Below are positions 48,036 through 60,959 of a stretch of DNA of 64,000 nucleotides, piece after piece (positions within the stretch are counted from its first letter, which is position 1; each line of letters opens with the position of its first letter). The position numbers and the translations under genes are program-made. The notes under the pieces are model-generated. The model worked only from the letters and a program-made list of their open reading frames with translations. It ran no database searches and had not been told where the DNA came from. The stretch is from Rebecca billardiae RCC1528 (Eukaryota; Protista; Haptophyta): the NCBI GenBank assembly GCA_965240325.2, contig OZ251238.1:1550001-1614000 (forward strand), written 5' to 3'.

Positions 48036-48624
48036 CGGTTCGTACGCGCACGACGTGAGCGGCCTGGCCGGCGCGCCGAAGCAGTCGGCTGGCCGCCGGT
48101 GGGCCTGCTGCGCAGAGAGTGTGCGCCGGTGGCTCCGGGTCGAGCGACCCCGCTCTCGGGCTTGAACTGCGCGTTCCAAACGGCCTGTGCAAGGACCGTG
48201 CCGTAGGTTGGAGCGCACCGATTCGCAGCGCGGCGCCGCACCCGTGCTCGTCTGCTTGCTGGCGCTTGGTTGGGACCGCAGGCGCGACTGCTGGGCAGCA
48301 CCGCAGCAGCGCAGCGCGCGCGCGCCTCGCGCGTGAATTATCGGTGCCTGCTCCGCTGCGCTTCTATCATATGCTTCAGGAGGGTCTCGTCCACCGCTCC
48401 GAACGCGTACGCCTCAGGAGCAGCACGCGGGAGCACGCCGGAGCACCCGCTTGACATCATCTTGAGCGCATCAGTGCAGCTGCAGACACCAGTTGCCCGC
48501 TACTGCCACTCAGAACTGATGTTGTCACTCAACTGCCACTCGGATGGCGCGGCCGGACTCTGCGCGCCGACGACGTTCGGGCGGTATCGGGGTCGTCGGC
48601 TCGTCGAGGGCGCGCTCCGGTGAA

Positions 48625-49470
48625 GCTGGCGGTGGTGCAGTGCCGCGCTCTCGATACCACCAGTAGCAGATATACATACGACTACTGCTGATGACTCGAG
48701 TCTGACGACGACTCGTGAGACGCAACGTCAGGCCCCTCAGGGGCGCGCCCCAACGTGCACACCTCGCCCGCTAGCCCAACCGCCACTCCGAGGGCGCGGC
48801 GCCGCCAGCCCTGCGCCGACGCGCGGGTGCGGTGGGCTTGTTGGCTGAGGGCGCGCCCCGACCCGCAAGCGGTGGTGCAATGTTGCTCTATACCGTATCG
48901 TATACCGTCGGTAGACCGAGGCTGACCCGTGGGGCGTGGCGCCAGGCCCCTCACGGGCGCGCCCCAGCGTGCACATCTTGCCCGCCGTCACAACTGCCAC
49001 TCTCTGCTGGCGCGGCCGAGCCCTGCGCCGGCGCGCGGGCGGTGGGGGCGTCGGCTGACGGCGCGCTCCGACCCAAGCGGCGGTGCAGTGCCGCTCTATA
49101 CTACCGGTAGGCCGAGGCTGACCAGTGGGGCGCTGCGCCTGGCCTCTCCTGGGCGCGCCCCAGCGCGTGCACATCGGCTTGCCCGCCAGCACAATCGGGC
49201 CACGCGAACTGCGCGGCCGAGCGCTGCGCTAACGCTCGCGCGCTGGGGGCGTGTGCTCAGCAGAGGGCGCCCCGACCCAAGCGGTGGTGCAGTGCCACTC
49301 TATACCACCGGCAGAGCGAGCCTGACTCGTGGGGCGCGGCGCCTGGCCCCTCCTGGGCGCGCCCCAGCCTGTAGATCTTGCCTGCCAGCATAACTGCCAG
49401 CATTTGCAGCTGGCGCGGGCGGTCGGGCTCTGCGCCGACGCCTGGGCGCTGATGGGGGCGTCGGCTGAGG
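48625..49470. repeat. Diverged ~200-bp tandem satellite (family A, about 4 units)
   Basis: gcggtggtgcagtgcc..taccaccggtag..gggcgcgccccagcgtgcaca recurs at ~48630, 48870, 49075 and 49280. Same family as 55.2-56.5 kb. Confidence 0.85.
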
Positions 49471-49479
49471 GCACGCGCC

Positions 49480-49880
49480 AAAGCACTGCGGACGTTCACG
49501 TTGGCCGATGCCCCGCGTACTGCCTCTGGGGGCGTCGCTGGGTGCCGCCACCGCACCCGCTCGGCCCGCCGTGTGCCATGGGCCCGGCGCCTTCCCTCGC
49601 GGCTCCAGTCGTCAGCCGCGAAACGCGCGCTGCATGTGGCGGCCAACCACGCCGGTATAATTGGAAGCGAGCCCTCGCGGTTGCGGCTCTCCCGGGGTCC
49701 ACGTCAGGGGATGCCCCTCGTACCGCCTCTGGGCCCGTCGCTGAGGGCCACCGTCTCCGCTCGACCGCCCGACGCCCGCCGCCTGTGCCACCGGCTCGGC
49801 GCCGCCCGCCCTTGGCTCCAATCAGCCGCGAGACGCACGCTGTGGAGTGTGGTGGCCCACCACTCCGGCAATCGCGGGTA
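49480..49880. repeat. Two-unit ~202-bp tandem repeat (family C)
   Basis: gatgcccc..gtac.gcctctggg at ~49508 and ~49710; ggctcca.tc..cagccgcga.acgc at ~49600 and ~49815. Confidence 0.7.
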
Positions 49881-50009
49881 GTCACGCTTTGCACTCTCTG
49901 GCGCTGACGAGCGCCTGGCTGGCAAGAAGGCTACTCGGACCGGAGGGTACGCCTGTCGAGAGCCCCAAAGCGTGCAAAGAGCATCGCCCCGCGCCAGCGT
50001 GCCTTCTAA

Positions 50010-52150
50010 TGGGGCAGCGCGGCGGCAGCGCGGCCGAGCGAGGGGCAGGCGGTGTGCTCGCGCCGCCGCGATGGCAGCACGTGGGACGTGGCCAGCTGGC
50101 CGAAGCGTGCGTGCTTTGACGGCGTGTGGATCCCCTCGCGCACCACTGCGCCGCGCGACGCGCACGACAGCCGACTTTGGCGACGGCGGGGATGCAGTGC
50201 GGCCATGCTGGTCTTTGAGGCCGGATTTCTCTCGATCGGTTGGTATTTGTTTCGCGACGTCACCGACGACCGTTGGTCGCGGCGGCGCGCGAATTCAGCA
50301 TGGCCTCTCCCCACTGGGACGAGTCTGCATCCAGTGGCGCCGATGGGCGCGAGCCCGCGTCGGACGGGGCTGTCGTGCGCCTGGAGGTACGTGCGTGGAG
50401 TGCCGTATCCGCGCCTGCACCAGCCCAAGGGTGCCCCCGCCCCCGCGCCCCCCCCCCCCCATCTCACTCGTCGTCCGACCTGCCTCCGGCTAGCCCGCGG
50501 TGGGCTCTCCAACAGCTGCGCCCGGCGGTTCGGGCGGGGGATCCGCGATGCTGGGCGTCCACAGGCGAGCCGTCGATGCATCGTGAGCGTCGTCTCGTCG
50601 GCAGCCGTCACCCGCGCCCGCGCCAGCCGCCGCCATGCGGAGTCTCAGTCGCTGCTGCCTGCAAGTAGTGTGTCCCGCTGACCAGTCGGCAGCTGCCGCT
50701 GGCTTCTGCCTTTCTGGCTGGCTAGGTGGCGCAGCACTGCATGTTTGTGTGCGGGCAGTCGGGCCACTTGGACGGCCGAATTGGTGGGTGAACGGGCCAC
50801 GCCAGCGAGGGCATCCCAGCTGGCAGCAAGGGCGGCCTAGTCAGGCGGCTGGAGCGTAGCCAGGCAGCCGCGCCGAGCAGCGCGTCGCGGCTGCCGGTGG
50901 CGCGGCTCTCGCGCAGTGGGGCTTGTGTGTGTGAGCCCGCGTCACGCTGTGCGCGCTGCCGCCGCACCAGGGCCGCCGTGGCCGCGCCGCAGCTCGAGCT
51001 TGGCGCCCGCTGAGTGCTGCTGAAGCCTAGTAGTGCTGAGTGGGCTCGGACGCAAAGCCAGCGCCCCAGAGGCGGGCCGCGCGGCAGGGAGCTCGGAGGA
51101 CGCGCAGCCGTCCCAACGCCTGGGTCGAAGCTGCCCCCGCCCCGGCCCCCCATCTTACTCCTCGCCCAACCTGCACCTGGTGCGCGTATAGTGAGCGGCA
51201 GCCGCTGCGGCGACCAGGCCCGGCACCGCGCGTGAGCGCAGCAAGCTCTCTGCGCACTGCCGCCCCGCGTACGCGCCCACTGCGTCGCCGCTGGGTGCGG
51301 CCGAGACGAGCCCCTTTGAGCGTGACCATCGCGGGTCGTCAGCGGTGGCGAGCGTCTGCTGGCGAGCCTTGGCTGCATCGTGCGCGTCGTCTAGCCAAGC
51401 AGCCATCACCCGCGCCCGCGCCCGCCGCCGCCATAAGTAGCCGCAGTTGCCGCTCGCGGCCTGCGCTGAGTGCTCCGACCACTTGACAGCTGCTGGCCTC
51501 TGCCTTCCGGCTGGCAAGGTGCGACGACGAACCGCGGCGCAGCACGCGGCGGTCCAGCCGAGCGCGAAGCGTAGAACCCAACGGGCTGCTCGCGTGAGGG
51601 CGCACGCGACGACTACGAGCCAGGCTCTGGCGGCGGCTGCAGGACAGAGGCTGCGTCCGGAGCCGTGCCGACTGGCGCAGCCGGCGAGCTCGCGACGCCG
51701 TGCGGCTCGGCTGGTCAGCTCGTCGGACCTGGGCGCCGCACGCGGCGGCGCAACCGAGATCGAGGCGTGGCGCCCCGCGGCGTGCTCGCGCGCGCCCGCA
51801 CGGGCTGCCCGCGCCCCAGGTTCGACCTGTCGAGGCCGCACCGACGCTGCGCCGGCGGCAGCGCGCGCGTGGCCGCCACCGGCCGTGCCGCCCGTGGGCG
51901 CGATTGCAGGCGATGGCAGCACGTGGGTTGGGCCGCGAGCCAACCGAGCGACCGCAGCGCATGCTAGGTCGGCGGCGCGTGGCGCGAGCGCGTCGCGGCG
52001 GTGTCTGGAGCAGCGCACCAGCCCAGCCTGCCCCCGCCCCCGCGCCCCCATCCTCCACCTCGTCCGAACTGCCTCTGGTGCGCGCCATCACGGCCGCGCT
52101 GCGCGCGCTGCTGGGTGTCGCTGCTCGCGCACGCGCCTCGCTTCGAGGGA
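50010..52150 (+). repeat. Composite repeat block whose halves recur in swapped order at 58.5-60.5 kb
   Basis: 50010-51260 resembles 59550-60460 (gtgggacgtgg, ccggatttctc, gaattcagcatggcctctcccca, tggcttctgcctttctggctggctaggtg). 51340-52150 resembles 58490-59280 and 63030-63670. Confidence 0.8.
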
Positions 52151-52339
52151 GAGCGGCCGTCCCTTGCCGTGGCGCGTGGTTGTCGGGACGTCTGTCGGGC
52201 GTGTCCACACGCGTTATCCCGCCCGAGCGCGCCGGTTCGCAGCGCGGCGCGCGCCCACGGTCGGCTAGCCGGCTGCGGTGGCGGGCGCGCGTACGCTGCG
52301 GTTCGCGTGAGCCAGCTGACGGCGATGCGGAATAAGCTG

Positions 52340-53455
52340 CTCTAACTCGCTGCATGGCTGACCGTCGAGGGCGTCGGCTCGGTCGGTTGGAACGCGTCTC
52401 TAGAGGCGGATCCACCCGGCACTTCAACTCGCTTTGGTGCACTGATTCGCAGCGCGGCGCGCCCGCGCTCGGCTCGCCGGCGGTGGTTGGATGCTCATGC
52501 TGCGCGGCGTTGCGCGTGAGGCATCCGTTCGCGGCGAGGCGGCGTCAGCTCTGACTGGTGGCGTGGCTGACCGTCGAGGGGGTCGGGTCGCTCGAACGCG
52601 TACTTAGAGGCGCATCCACCCGGCGCCTCGACTCGCTTTGCTGCACTGATGATTCGCGGCGCGGCGCGCGCGCGGTCGGCTCGCGGGCGGTGGTTGGGCG
52701 CTGCGACCGCGCGGCCGTGCGCGTGAGGCCTCCGTTCGCGGCGAGGCGGCGTCCGCTCTAACTGGTGGCGTGGCGGACCGTCGAGGGGGTCGGGTCGGGC
52801 GGTCGGAACGCGTCCTTTGAGGCGGATCCACCCGGCGCCTCGACTCGCTTTTGCGCACTGATAATTCTCCGCGCGGCGCTCGCGCGGTCGGCTCGACAGC
52901 GGTGGTTGGGCGCTGCGACCGCGCGGCCGTGCGCGTGAGGCCTCAGCTGACGGCGAGGCGGCGTCCGCTCTAACTGGTGGCGTGGCGGACCGTCGAGGGG
53001 GTCGGCTCGGTCGGTCGGAACGCGTCTTTCGAGGCCGATCCGGCGCCTCGTCTCGCTTTGGCGCACTGATGATTCGCAGCTCTGCACTCGCGCCGTCGGC
53101 TCGACAGCGGTGGTTGGGCGCTGCGACCGCGCGGCAGTGCGCGTGAGGCCTCCGTTCGCGGTGAAGCGGCGTCCGCTCTAGCTGGTGGCGTGGCTGACCG
53201 TCGAGGGGGTCGGCTCGGTCGGTCGGAACGCGTCCTTAGAGGCGCATCCACCCGGCGCCTCGACTCGCTCTGCTGCACTGAGAATTCGCAGCGCGCCGCT
53301 CGCGCGGTCGGCTCGCCGGCGGTGGTTGGACGCTGCGACCGCGCGGCCGTGCGCGTGAGGCCTCCGTTCGCGGCGAGGCGGCGTCCGCTCCAACTGGTGG
53401 CGTGGCTGACCGTCGAGGGGGTTGGCTCGGTCGGTCGGACTGCGTCTAGAGGCCG
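52340..53455. repeat. ~210-bp tandem satellite (family B, ~5.3 units)
   Basis: accgtcgaggg at 52361, 52570, 52777, 52989, 53197 and 53409 (periods 207-212). Confidence 0.92.
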
Positions 53456-55179
53456 CCGATCCATCCAGCGGCCGTCAGGGCATCCCCGCATGCGGTGAGG
53501 GCGGCCCACCCAGAGTGTGAGCGCAGTGCACAGCAGCAGCGCCGAGCAGCGCACGCATTACGGCTGCCGATGGCCCTGCTCTCGCGCTTTGGGACGTGTG
53601 AGCCCGCGTTCAGTCGCGCGCGCTCATGCTGCACAGAGGCTGCCGCGACCGCGCCACGCTCAAGCGGAGCGCTCCGCGCGCGCGGCGGCGCCCGCAGAGT
53701 GCTGCTGAGTGGCCCGATGCAAAGCGCACGCCAGGAAGCTGCGGGCGTGGAGCGCCGCAGCCGACCCAGCGCCTCGCACCGGTCGAAGCTGCCCCCACCC
53801 CGGCCCCCCATCTTACCCTCCGTCAAGCCTGCGCCTGGTGGGCCGCCTGGTGGGCCGCGTAGTGAGCGGCAAGCATCAGGGCGCTCCTCATCGCGCGTGA
53901 GCGCCAGCTCATCTGCGAACTGCCGTCCCACTGCGGTCCGGTTGGGCGCGCGCGCCTCACGTCGAAGGAGCGGGCTCGCCTTGCCGCGGCGGCCGAGACG
54001 AGCACTGTCGACGCACTGTCGAGTGTACAGCACACCCGCTGACTTGGCTGGCGCGGCCGAGCGCTGCGTCGACGCGCCGCGCGCGCTCCTGCTGCACCGA
54101 GGCTGCCACGACCGCGCCGCGCTCGAGCGGAGCGCTCCGCGCGCGCGGCTGCGCCCGCCGAGTGCTGCTCAGAGTTAGTGGCCCGATGCAAAGCGCACGC
54201 CAGGAAGCTGAGGGCGTGGAGCGCCACAGCCGGCCCTGCGCCTCGCCCTGGTCAAAGCTGCCCCCGCCCCGCCCCCCCATCTTGCTCTTCGTCATCCAAA
54301 CTGCACCAGGGGCGCGCACCGAGCGGCTCCCACTACTGCGTGCCGCCGCTTGCGCGCGTCGAGGGGTCGATTGCTCTCCAGCCTTGCCAATGCGCGCGCG
54401 CTGATCGTCGACCGCCCGTCTCAGATGGACCTGACGCGCCCCGCGTCGACCTCGCCCCGGCCAGAGCAGCCCCCGCCCCGGCCCCCCATCGAACACTCCG
54501 TCGACCTGCCCTCGGCGTGCGCAGCAGCTGCTGCACCGTCTACGACGACTGCTGCCGTGCGCACTCGTGGTCGTGTACGGTCAGATCTCGGGCCGCGCGC
54601 GCCCGGCGCTGCACCGAGGCCTGCCGCTCGACCGTGCTGACCAGCTCCAGCTGGCCGCACTGGTTGCGGCCGCGCGCGTGTACGGCGCCCGCCTCGCTCA
54701 GCGTGAGCAGGCGCGCGCGACCGGCGGCCGCCGCGCGCACGCACACCGCCTCCAGCGTGCCCACACGCGCGGCGCGAGCACGCGACGCTGTGCCTCTACT
54801 ACCTCGCGCGTGCGGAGGGCGCGGAGCTGCGGTGCAACGCGGCGGCGTGCGCGCCGCGCGACGGCGCGCGCGGGCGCACCGTCCGCGCCGTTGCCTTTGG
54901 CGCGCGCCGCGCGGCGGGGCTGTGCGCGCTGCTGAGTAGACGCGCGCCCGCGCTGCTCGTAGCTGCGGGCCTGGGCGCTGGGGGCGTCGGCTGAGAGGGC
55001 AGTCCGAAGCAAACGGCGGTGCAGTGCCGCTCCACCCCGCCAGTAGACAGAGCCTCTGAGTCGTGGGGTGGTGCGCCCGGCCAGTCCTAAGCGCGCCCCA
55101 GCGTGTCAGCCCTTGCCCGCGCCAGCCGCGCACCGACTAACCGTGCCGCACCGTCGACGATCTCGAATAAGGCGGCTTG

Positions 55180-56485
55180 GCCGAGGTCTGCCGCCGACGC
55201 GCGGATCGACGGTAGGGGCGTCGGCTGAGAGCGCGCCCCGACCCAAGCGGTGGTGCAGTGCCACTCGATCTATACTACCGGTAGGCCAAGGCTGACCCGT
55301 GGGGCGTGGCGTCAGGCCCCTAAGGGGCGCGCCCCAGCGTGCACATCTTGCCCGCCAGCACAACCGCTGACTTGGCTGGTGCGGCCGAGCGCTGCGCCGA
55401 CGCGCGGACACTGGGGGCGTCGGCTGAGGGCGCGCCCCGACCCAAGCGGTGGTGCGGTGCCACTCCATACCACCGGTAGACCGAGGACGACCGGTGGGGC
55501 GTGGCGTCAGGCCCCTCAGAGGCGCGCCCCAGCGTGCACATCTCGCCCGTCAGCCCAACTGCTGACTTGGCTGGCGCGGTCGAGCGCTGCGCCGACGCGC
55601 GGGCGGTGGGGGCGTCGGCTGAGGGCGCGCTCCGACCCAAGCGGTGGTGCAGTGCCACTCCATACCACCGGTAGACCGAGGACGACCGGTGGGGCGTGGC
55701 GTCAGGCCCCTCAGAGGCGCGCCCCAGCGTGCACATCTTGCCCGTCAGCCCAACTGCTGACTTGGCTGGTGCGGCCGAGCGCTGCGCCGACGCGCGGACA
55801 CTGGGGGCGTCGGCTGAGGGCGCGCCCCGACCCAAGCGGTGGTGCAGTGCCACTCCATACCACCGGTAGACCGAGGACGACCGGTGGGGCGTGGCGTCAG
55901 GCCCCTCAGAGGCGCGCCCCAGCGTGCACATCTCGCCCGTCAGCCCAACTGCTGACTTGGCTGGTGCGGCCGAGCGCTGCGCCGATGCGCGGGCGGTGGG
56001 GGCGTCGGCTGAGGGCGCGCCCCGACCCAAGCGGTGGTGCGGTGCCACTCCATACCACCGGTAGACCGAGGACGACCGGTGGGGCGTGGCGTCAGGCCCC
56101 TCAGAGGCGCGCCCCAGCGTGCACATCTCGCCCGTCAGCCCAACTGCTGACTTGGCTGGCGCGGTCGAGCGCTGCGCCGACGCGCGGGCGGTGGGGGCGT
56201 CGGCTGAGGGCGCGCTCCGACCCAAGCGGTGGTGCAGTGCCACTCCATACCACCGGTAGACCGAGGACGACCGGTGGGGCGTGGCGCCAGGCCCCTCAGA
56301 GGCGCGCCCCAGCGTGCACATCTCGCCCGTCAGCCCGGCCAACTGCTGACTTGGTTGGTGCGGCCGAGCGCTGCGCCGACGCGCGGGCGGTGGGGGCGTC
56401 GGCTGAGGGCGCGCCCCGACCCAAGCGGTGGTGCAGTGCCACTCATACCACCGGTAGACCAAGTCTGACCCGTGGGGCGTGGCGT
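55180..56485. repeat. 195-bp near-identical tandem satellite (family A, ~6.7 units)
   Basis: cccaagcggtggtgc at 55242, 55441, 55636, 55831, 56026, 56221 and 56420 (periods 199, 195, 195, 195, 195, 199). A more diverged unit lies at ~54975-55120. Confidence 0.95.
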
Positions 56486-56487
56486 CT

Positions 56488-59130
56488 TCTCTGGCTCCGG
56501 TGAGCAGCAGCTGAGGAATGCCCAGCATACGCCCTTGCTGCCCTTGCGCAGCTGCTGGCGGTCGGCTGGCGTCACGCTCGGCGCATGTGAAGCGAGGGGT
56601 TGGCGCGCGGCACTGGCGCGCTACACCGAAACGGGCCGACCCACGCGCGCCCACGCCCACGCTGCCTGCAGCACCGGCCGGATACCACGCTCGTGCGTTG
56701 CCACGCTCGACGGCCGCAGCGGCCGGCGGACCGGTGCGGGCTGTCGCGTGCGCGCGCACGCGCGCTCGGCGCGGCGCCCTTGGCGGGCGGGCGGCGGGCG
56801 CAGGACTGCGCGATGGAGTGGCTGCGCTGCTCCCGCGCCACTGCGCGGGGCCACGTGCGCGCGCTCGCGCGGAGCGCGCTCTCTCCTCGTCCGCGTGCGC
56901 ACTGCTCGATGGGCGTGCGGTCGTGCCCGAGGTGCAGCGCTTGCGTTGGGCGCGGTGGCGCGGGCGGGTGCGCACCTGGCGCCGCGTGCGGTGTGTGCGC
57001 GCGGAGGCCCTCGTGCCCGCGCGACGGCGCGCGCGGTCGACCTGGCATCGCGGGAAGAGGGATGGCTCCTGACGATGCAGTCTCCTGCGAGGCGGCGGGC
57101 GCCATCGTCCTGCTCTGCGCCTTTTTCCAGGCCGAGCATTTCGCGACGTGCCATTTTGTTTTTCTTTCTCGCCGAGTCGCGCGGCCGCGGGCCGCCGCGG
57201 TCCGCTCTCCGCGGAAGGATGGCCGACCGGCCTTGCCGCACGGGCGCACGAGCACGTCGCCTCACAGCGACGGGCGCGGCAAGAGGGCGCGAGGGCGCGC
57301 TGCGCGGCGGGCACGCGGCGTGCGGCGCGTATGCGCGGTGTCCAGCTCATCGCGAGCTGGCGCACACGCTGCCATTGCGAAGGCGCGGCCGCTGCGACGG
57401 CTCGCGGTCGGCAGGCGTCGCGCTCGAGTGCGGCAGCTGCACGCGAGGCGAGTCTGCGAGCGGCCGGCGCGCCGCGGGCTGGCGCGGGGCGCTGGCGTGC
57501 GTGCGCACGACCCACCGCACGCGCGCCCGCCCGAACGCTGCCTGCCGCACAGGCCGGATGCACCGCTCGTGCGCTGCCACCCTTGGCGGCCGCAGCGACC
57601 GGCGGACGGGTGCTGGCCGTCATGCGCGCGCGCGCGCGCTCGGCGCGGCGCGCGCGGCGGGCGGGCGGCGGGCGCATGCGTGCGCGATGGATCGATGGCG
57701 CTGCGCTCGCGCCACTGCGAGGGGCTGCGTACGCGTGCCCGCGCGTGGCCTGCTCCCTTGCGGTTAGCGTGTGCATAGCTGTGCATGCGGCCGCGACCGC
57801 CGCGGCACGGCGCTCGCTGCTCGGGGAGCAGGCGCGCGGGCGGGTGCGCGCCGGGCGCCGGGCGCCGCGTCTTCGCTGCGGCGCACGCCGCCTCAGCGCG
57901 TGCAAGACCGCGCGCGCCTGCCGTCGCGCGAGCGGGCGCGGGCGGAGCGGTGAAGGCGCCGCTCGCGCCCGGAGGCGATGCCGCCATCGCTCTTTCTACC
58001 GGGCTGGCGGCCGCTGACGAAACGAATCCGTGGTCGTCCGGGCCTTCGTCTTGTGCAGCCAGCATGGCTGCCGAGGCGGCGGTTGGCACGTGCTTTTGGT
58101 CGTTGGCGCTCACGGCACGCTCACGGCGGCGCGGTGGCGTGCTGCGCGAGCGCGTGCTCGCACAGCAGGCACGCCGCGCACTGCACCGCTGCTCGAGACC
58201 GCGAGTGCCGCCGCGCGCAAAGAGTGCCGCCGCTGAGCGCGCGGCCCGCGGCGGCTGTGCTTCCGGCTCGCCGCCGGCGAGCACGCAGGGCTCGGCGCGC
58301 GCGCGCCCTCCGGTGCCAGACGCGACGGCATGCGGCTTGGAGGCATACGCCACACGGCCAGCCCCTGTGCCACCGCGCCAGCGTGAGACTCAGCGCCAGT
58401 GCTCGGTCCGGCCGGCAGCCCGGCCGCCCTCGGCGTGCAGTCGGACGGCCTCGGGGGATGACTGGTTGGGCGGCGGACGAGCGACGACGGGCGCCTACTG
58501 GCGAGCCTTGGCCGCGTCGTGCGCGTCGTCAAGCCAAGCAGCCATCGCCCGCGCCCGCGCCCGCCGCCGCCATTTGTAGAAGTCTCAGTGGCCATGCACC
58601 CTGCGCACGGCGTGCCGACCACGCGGCAGCTGCAAGTCTGGCTGGCGAGGCGCGATGAACCGCTGCGCAGCACGCGGCGTTCAAGCCGAGCGCGAGGCGT
58701 GGGACCTCCCGGGCTACCCGCACGAGGGCGCACACGACGACCCCGAGCCAGCCTCGGGCTGCGGCTGCAGCGCCGAGGCTAGTGCGTCCGGAGCTGTGCC
58801 GGCTGCGCCGAGCGCGCGATGCCGGGCGCGCCCGCGTCCAGAGTGCGGCTCGGCTGGGCTCGTCTGACCTCTGCGAAGCACGCGGCGCCGCGGCCGAGGT
58901 CGAGGCGTGGCATCCAGCGACTATGCCCGCGCGGGCCCGCACGGGCTGCCCGTGCCCCAGGCTCGGGCTGTCGCGGCCGTACCGATTAGCTGGGCCTGGG
59001 GCAGCGCGCGCGGCCGTCGCGGGCCCACCCATCGCGCGCCCGCGTGGGCGCGACGGCAGCGCGTGGGGCGGTGCGAGCCAGTCGAGCGACCGCAGCGCGT
59101 GCTGCTCGGCGGCGCGTGGCGCGAGCGCGC
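56488..59130 (+). repeat. ~2.7-kb direct duplication, copy 1
   Basis: Colinear with 60960-63670: ctccggtgagcagcagctg..aatgcccagcatacgcccttgctg; cgggaagagg.atggctcctgacgatgcagtct; acgaaacgaatccgtggtcgtc; ggaggcatacgccacacggccagcccctgtgcc. Confidence 0.9.
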
Positions 59131-60959
59131 CGCGACCGTGGTTGGCGTCACGCACCGGCTCAGCTGCCCCCGCCCCCGCGCCCCCATCTCCCACCTCGTC
59201 CGAGCTGCCTCTCGGGACGGTGCGCGTCTACGCGCAGCTGCTGGGTGCCGCTGGTCGCGCACGCGCCTCACGTCGAAGGCGCGGCCGCCCCTTACAGGGA
59301 CGCGTGCACGTGGCGATCGAGACGAGCACACTCGAGCGTGGTCAGCGCGGGTCGGCAGTGGCGAGCAGCAGAAGAGCAGTCTCTATGTTGGACGGCCGCG
59401 CACGCCGCCGGGCCGAGCTCTGCGCGCAGACTTGGCGGCTGTTCACGTGCTGCCGACTGGCACCGAGCACTGCACGGCGTCGTGCGATGGATGGAGACGC
59501 GAATGCACCCTCCCAGCACGCGCGCTCGACCGCTCGGCAGTGCACGCGCGCGGCCGCGCGCAGCCGGCAGCGTGTGCGTGGCAGCGCGGCCGCGAGCAAG
59601 GGGCTGGCGGTGCGCTCGCGCCGCCTCGATGGCCGCGCGTGGGACGTGGCGAGCTGGCCGAGGCGCTCTGGGCGCACGCTTCGACGGCGCGTGGATCCTC
59701 TCGAGCACCACTGGGCTGCCGTGCGCGCGCACGCGACGCGCACGACAGCCGCCCTCCGGCGGACGGCGGGGATGAAGTGTGGCCATGCTGATCTTTGATG
59801 CCGGATTTCTCGCCGCCTGGAATATCGCGGTTGGTTACCTTTTTCGCGCGGTGACCGTTGCGGCGGCGCGCGAATTCAGCATGGCCTCTCCCCACGCGGG
59901 GCGGACAAGACTGACGCCGCTGGCTTCTGCCTTTCTGGCTGGCTAGGTGCTGTTGCGCCAAGCGTGGCGCAGCACGGTATGGTTGTGTGCGGGCAATCGG
60001 GCCAGTTGGACGGCCGAATTGGGGTGTGGACGGGCCACGCCCGCGAGGGCATCCCCACGTACAGCAAGGGCGGCCCAGCCAGGGCGGGGGCGCGGCCACG
60101 GCGAGCAGCGTGTCACTGCTGCCGATTGCACGGCTCCTGGCGTGGAACTTGTCGCGTGAGCCCTCGCCCCGCCGCGCACGCTCCTGCGGCACCGAGGCTG
60201 CCGCTCCGCGCCCGAGCAGATCGCGCGGCGCGCGCGGCGGCGCCTGCCGGGTGCTGCTGCTGCTGGCTGGGCCGCGCCGGAGAGGCGGGAGCTGCGGGCG
60301 TGGAGCGCCGCAGCCGTCCCAGCGCCTCGCGCCGGTCGAAGCTGCCCCCGCCCCGGCCCCCCATCTTACTCTTCGTCAAGCCTGCGCCTGGTGGGCCGCG
60401 TAGTGAGCGGCAAGCATCAGGTCCCTCCTCATCGCGCTTGAGCGCCCGCTCTCTGCGCACGGCCGTCGTGCCGCTGGGCGCGCGCGCGCCCCGCGTCGAT
60501 GGAGCGGGCGCGCCTTGCCGCGGCGGCCGAGACGAGCACTGTCGAAGCACTGTCGAGCGCGATCATCGCGGCGGCGAGCAGCGGTCGTGGCTGGCGCAAC
60601 ACGCCGGCCCAGCCCGCCCCCGCCCCCGCGCCCCCATCCTCCACCCGTGCGCGCCATCACGGCCGCGCGGCCCACGCCGCTGGGTGCCGCCGCTCGCGCG
60701 CGCGCCTAGGTTAGGGCGGTCTGGGCGGGCAGGCGGCGATGGCGGGCGTCTCTGCGCGGGCCTTGGCTGCGGCGGGCGCATCGTCTAGTCGAGCAGCAGT
60801 CGCCCGCGCCCGCGCCCGCCGCCGCCGTTTGTAGTCTCAACCTGATTTTGCCGCCGCGCACTGGAGTGTTGCTGCGGGCGTGGTGCGCAGCAGCCGACCC
60901 AGCGCCTCGCACCGGTCGAAGCTGCCCCCGCCCCGGCCCCCCATCGTCCACCTCGTCCT

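Noticed and set aside
37035-48218. Very long Arg/Ala-rich ORFs (38702-48058, 42099-48218, 37035-41849)
   Set aside because: Stop codons are rare at this GC content. They show no motifs and overlap the receptor gene.
55180-56485. CRISPR-like array or repeat-protein ORFs (55250-56503, 55320-57905)
   Set aside because: Whole units repeat with no unique spacers, there are no cas genes and the context is eukaryotic. The frames stay open only because the period is a multiple of 3; 199-bp units and the older copies break frame.
60705-60717. Telomere-like taggttaggg
   Set aside because: Only one full TTAGGG, which is not an array.
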